From NCBI GenBank assembly GCA_963848295.1, contig CAWKDB010000010.1, positions 1,888,001 through 1,952,000 on the forward strand: DNA of 64,000 nt, in the 5' to 3' direction. Below the pieces are notes generated by a model. That model saw only the letters and a program-made list of their open reading frames with translations. It did not search any database and was not told where the DNA came from. Source of the DNA: an uncultured delta proteobacterium (GTDB lineage: Bacteria; Myxococcota_A; Polyangia; Haliangiales; Haliangiaceae). Positions 61,778 to 64,000 of this stretch are shown here, in pieces; positions within the stretch are counted from its first letter, which is position 1; each line of letters starts with the position of its first letter. Position numbers and translations under genes: made by a program.

Positions 61778-63223
61778 GTGACCCATAGTGCGAAACGTAG
61801 ACTCGCAGGCAAACGCGATCTGATCGTGATCGGCGCCGGGCCAGTGGGCTTGGCGGCACTCTGGTACGCGCATCGTTACAGCATCGACGCGATCGCGCTC
61901 GACGCCGGGCAAGCATCACTAGATTCGATTCGCTCGTTCGGCCCTGGGCTTGTCACGGTCTCGACCGCGCATGAATGGGAGATCGATGGGCTCCCGGTCG
62001 ATTGCCGCGCCCCGACCGAAGTCACGCGCGAGGACCTCCTGAGCTACTACTCTCGGATCGGCGCCTACGGCCGACTCGAGGTCGCATGTCGACAGCGCGT
62101 TACGGCGCTCACTGCGCGCCCCGACGCGGTGAGGGTCGAGGTCGAAACGCAAGACGGGCCAGCGTATTGGCTTGCACGCCGAGTGATCGTGACGCCATGG
62201 TTCCGTCGGCGCCGAGTCGCACTCGAGGGGCCCGGTGTGAGCGTCGTCGAGGCCGCGACCGACGCGATATCCGCCAGTGAGCGCGTGGTCGTGATCGGGG
62301 CTGGAATGTCGGGGCTCGAGACGTGCGATCATCTGCTCAGACGTGGCGTACGCGTCACGTTGCTCGACAAGCGCCGACAGGTGTTGCCTCCCGAGCTCCA
62401 GACTCTGTTCAAGGTATCGGGCTCTCGCTACGTCGATAACGTCGGATCGATCGCTGTTGCGAAATCCGGTGTGCTTGCGGTCTCGCAAAAGGGTCTGGCG
62501 ATCCAGGTTCCGTGCACGGTCGCGGTGAATTGCACGGGGCTGGAGGTCAATCGCGATCTGCTTCGAGCTCTTTTCGGCGCCGAGCTAATGTCTGAAACGG
62601 AGGCGCGCGCACTCGAACGCTTTCGGCCGCACCGATCGAGCTATCGCACGGACCCCCGAGCCATCGCGGCGCAGTTGCCGGCGTTGTCCGACGCGATCTG
62701 GCGCGGACGACGTGGCGTGCACTTCGCCGGGACCGTATTTCACGTCGGCGGTCCGCTCGGCGCAGGTATCAAGTGGTCGATCGAGACTGCTCGATGGGCG
62801 CTGGACGCGATCGCCGGGAAGTCGAAGGTCACCGTGGACCCCTCGATCCACCTGCCGACGTGGTTTCTCACCCTCGCCAATACGTCGCCTCTCGTGCATC
62901 GTGGACTCCGCTGGTCGAAGCACTTGGGGGCGATCGTGCCGACCCCGATTCCGACCTGGTCTCGGGGCACGAAGTTGTTCGAGGGTGAGACGCCGACGGG
63001 TGGGACGCTTGGAGCGCCGTCGCACGACACGCGTGCCCATGGCGTCGCCCGCCGCAGGGTGTTGACCGATCTCCGCGACGCTTGCTACTCGGGCCGATCG
63101 GTCGCCGCGCTCGTTGCAACTCTCGGTATCGATCGCGAAGTGATCCTCAGCGCGTTGGGCGCGTTGTGGACCGGAAATGGCCTGACGTGGGTACCGCCCG
63201 GAGCGACGCGACCGCGCGGTTGA
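61778..63223 (+). CDS. FAD/NAD(P)H-dependent oxidoreductase (YpdA/TrxB-like) with C-terminal wHTH-like extension
   Basis: VIGAGPVG and VIGAGMSG Rossmann motifs; STAHEWEIDGLP...TREDLLSYY resembles the YpdA N-terminus. Confidence 0.8.
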   Translation: MTHSAKRRLAGKRDLIVIGAGPVGLAALWYAHRYSIDAIALDAGQASLDSIRSFGPGLVTVSTAHEWEIDGLPVDCRAPTEVTREDLLSYYSRIGAYGRLEVACRQRVTALTARPDAVRVEVETQDGPAYWLARRVIVTPWFRRRRVALEGPGVSVVEAATDAISASERVVVIGAGMSGLETCDHLLRRGVRVTLLDKRRQVLPPELQTLFKVSGSRYVDNVGSIAVAKSGVLAVSQKGLAIQVPCTVAVNCTGLEVNRDLLRALFGAELMSETEARALERFRPHRSSYRTDPRAIAAQLPALSDAIWRGRRGVHFAGTVFHVGGPLGAGIKWSIETARWALDAIAGKSKVTVDPSIHLPTWFLTLANTSPLVHRGLRWSKHLGAIVPTPIPTWSRGTKLFEGETPTGGTLGAPSHDTRAHGVARRRVLTDLRDACYSGRSVAALVATLGIDREVILSALGALWTGNGLTWVPPGATRPRG

Positions 63224-63245
63224 CCGCGACCCCACCCGATCGCGC

Positions 63246-64000
63246 TCACGGAGCCGGTCGCGCGGCGGCGCACGCAGGTCCCGAGGTCGCTCGCCATCGC
63301 TCGCCTTCGCTCTCGGTCACGGTCGGGTCCCCGGCCACGAGCGCGGCTACGATGGTTCGGACGAACACCGCGCTCGGATCGGGCGGCTTCGCGGTGCGAC
63401 CGCGTGGGGCGCCGGGGAGCGCGGGCACGGTGATGCACGACGGAACTCCCGAGCGTCGGGCTCGCGCGACGAGGTCGAGCGCCGCGGGCAGCCAACGAAC
63501 GCCGTCGGTCGGCTCGGCTTCGACGGAAGCCAGCGCGTCCTCGGTGATCGAGACCGCACCCGCATGCGGTTCGATCGCGGCGGCCAGGAGTCGCAGCGCC
63601 GGAGCGCCGAGCGGGGCGCCGAGATGCGTGATGCGAATCTGGTCGGGATGGTCGAGATCGAGCGCGACGCGAACGAGCTTGCCGCTCTCTTTGGGCCAGA
63701 CGGCGCGGATGTCGTCGGCAAGGTCAGACGTGTAGCGATGAACCGTCTGGGCCACCGGCTCTGGAGTCGACGGCGGAGGCATCTCGTCGATCCGTCGAGT
63801 CAGCGCGCTCACCGATGCCGCATCGGGGACCGCCCACACCGAGAGCTTCGGATCGTCGACGCCCAGGCCGGCCAGGCGCTGGCGTAACACCGTCTCCAGC
63901 TCGCTCGCGGTGTGTGCATCGCCCACGACGACGACGCGGAGGATCACGGCTTTCGCGGTCTGATCGAGCGTGTACTGGACGACGCGACGCTTGTCCGAGT
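63246..64000 (-). CDS. Hypothetical protein, C-terminal part (5' end outside the window)
   Basis: The frame is open from the window edge (SDKRRVVQYTLDQTAKAVILRVVVVG...) to the stop at 63246. Confidence 0.6.
   Translation of the reverse strand, partial: SDKRRVVQYTLDQTAKAVILRVVVVGDAHTASELETVLRQRLAGLGVDDPKLSVWAVPDAASVSALTRRIDEMPPPSTPEPVAQTVHRYTSDLADDIRAVWPKESGKLVRVALDLDHPDQIRITHLGAPLGAPALRLLAAAIEPHAGAVSITEDALASVEAEPTDGVRWLPAALDLVARARRSGVPSCITVPALPGAPRGRTAKPPDPSAVFVRTIVAALVAGDPTVTESEGERWRATSGPACAAARPAP

Overview
GC-rich bacterial DNA. Gene content (Hanks kinases, kinase-STAND-WD40, ACIII, Cys-rich lipoproteins) suggests Myxococcota; this is inference. Region 1 (about 1-50.6 kb) is an energy/stress island: PEP synthase, glycogen phosphorylase and GlgX, an N-type ATPase operon (atpDCQRBEFAG) with atpA split by a 2.3-kb IS, a site-2 protease, nitroreductases, an Mla-type ABC system, CBS and BON proteins, three paralogous di-heme lipoprotein cytochromes, two more IS elements, a complete alternative complex III-caa3 oxidase cluster and an EmrAB pump. 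Almost every transcription unit there has a sigma54-type -24/-12 motif (18 found), and eight sit exactly 14 nt from the start codon, suggesting leaderless mRNAs. Several genes survive only as internally deleted scars. Region 2 (about 53-63.2 kb) holds the most novel candidate, a putative RiPP cluster. It comprises a B12-dependent radical SAM C-methyltransferase, a 46-aa double-glycine precursor missing from the ORF track (60500-60640, core IAVHNAGCAFT), a SAM methyltransferase and a YpdA-like flavoprotein with RRE/wHTH-like appendages, and an interposed kinase-STAND-WD40 gene. No rRNA, tRNA or CRISPR array was recognised. Family assignments come from motif recognition by eye, not database searches.
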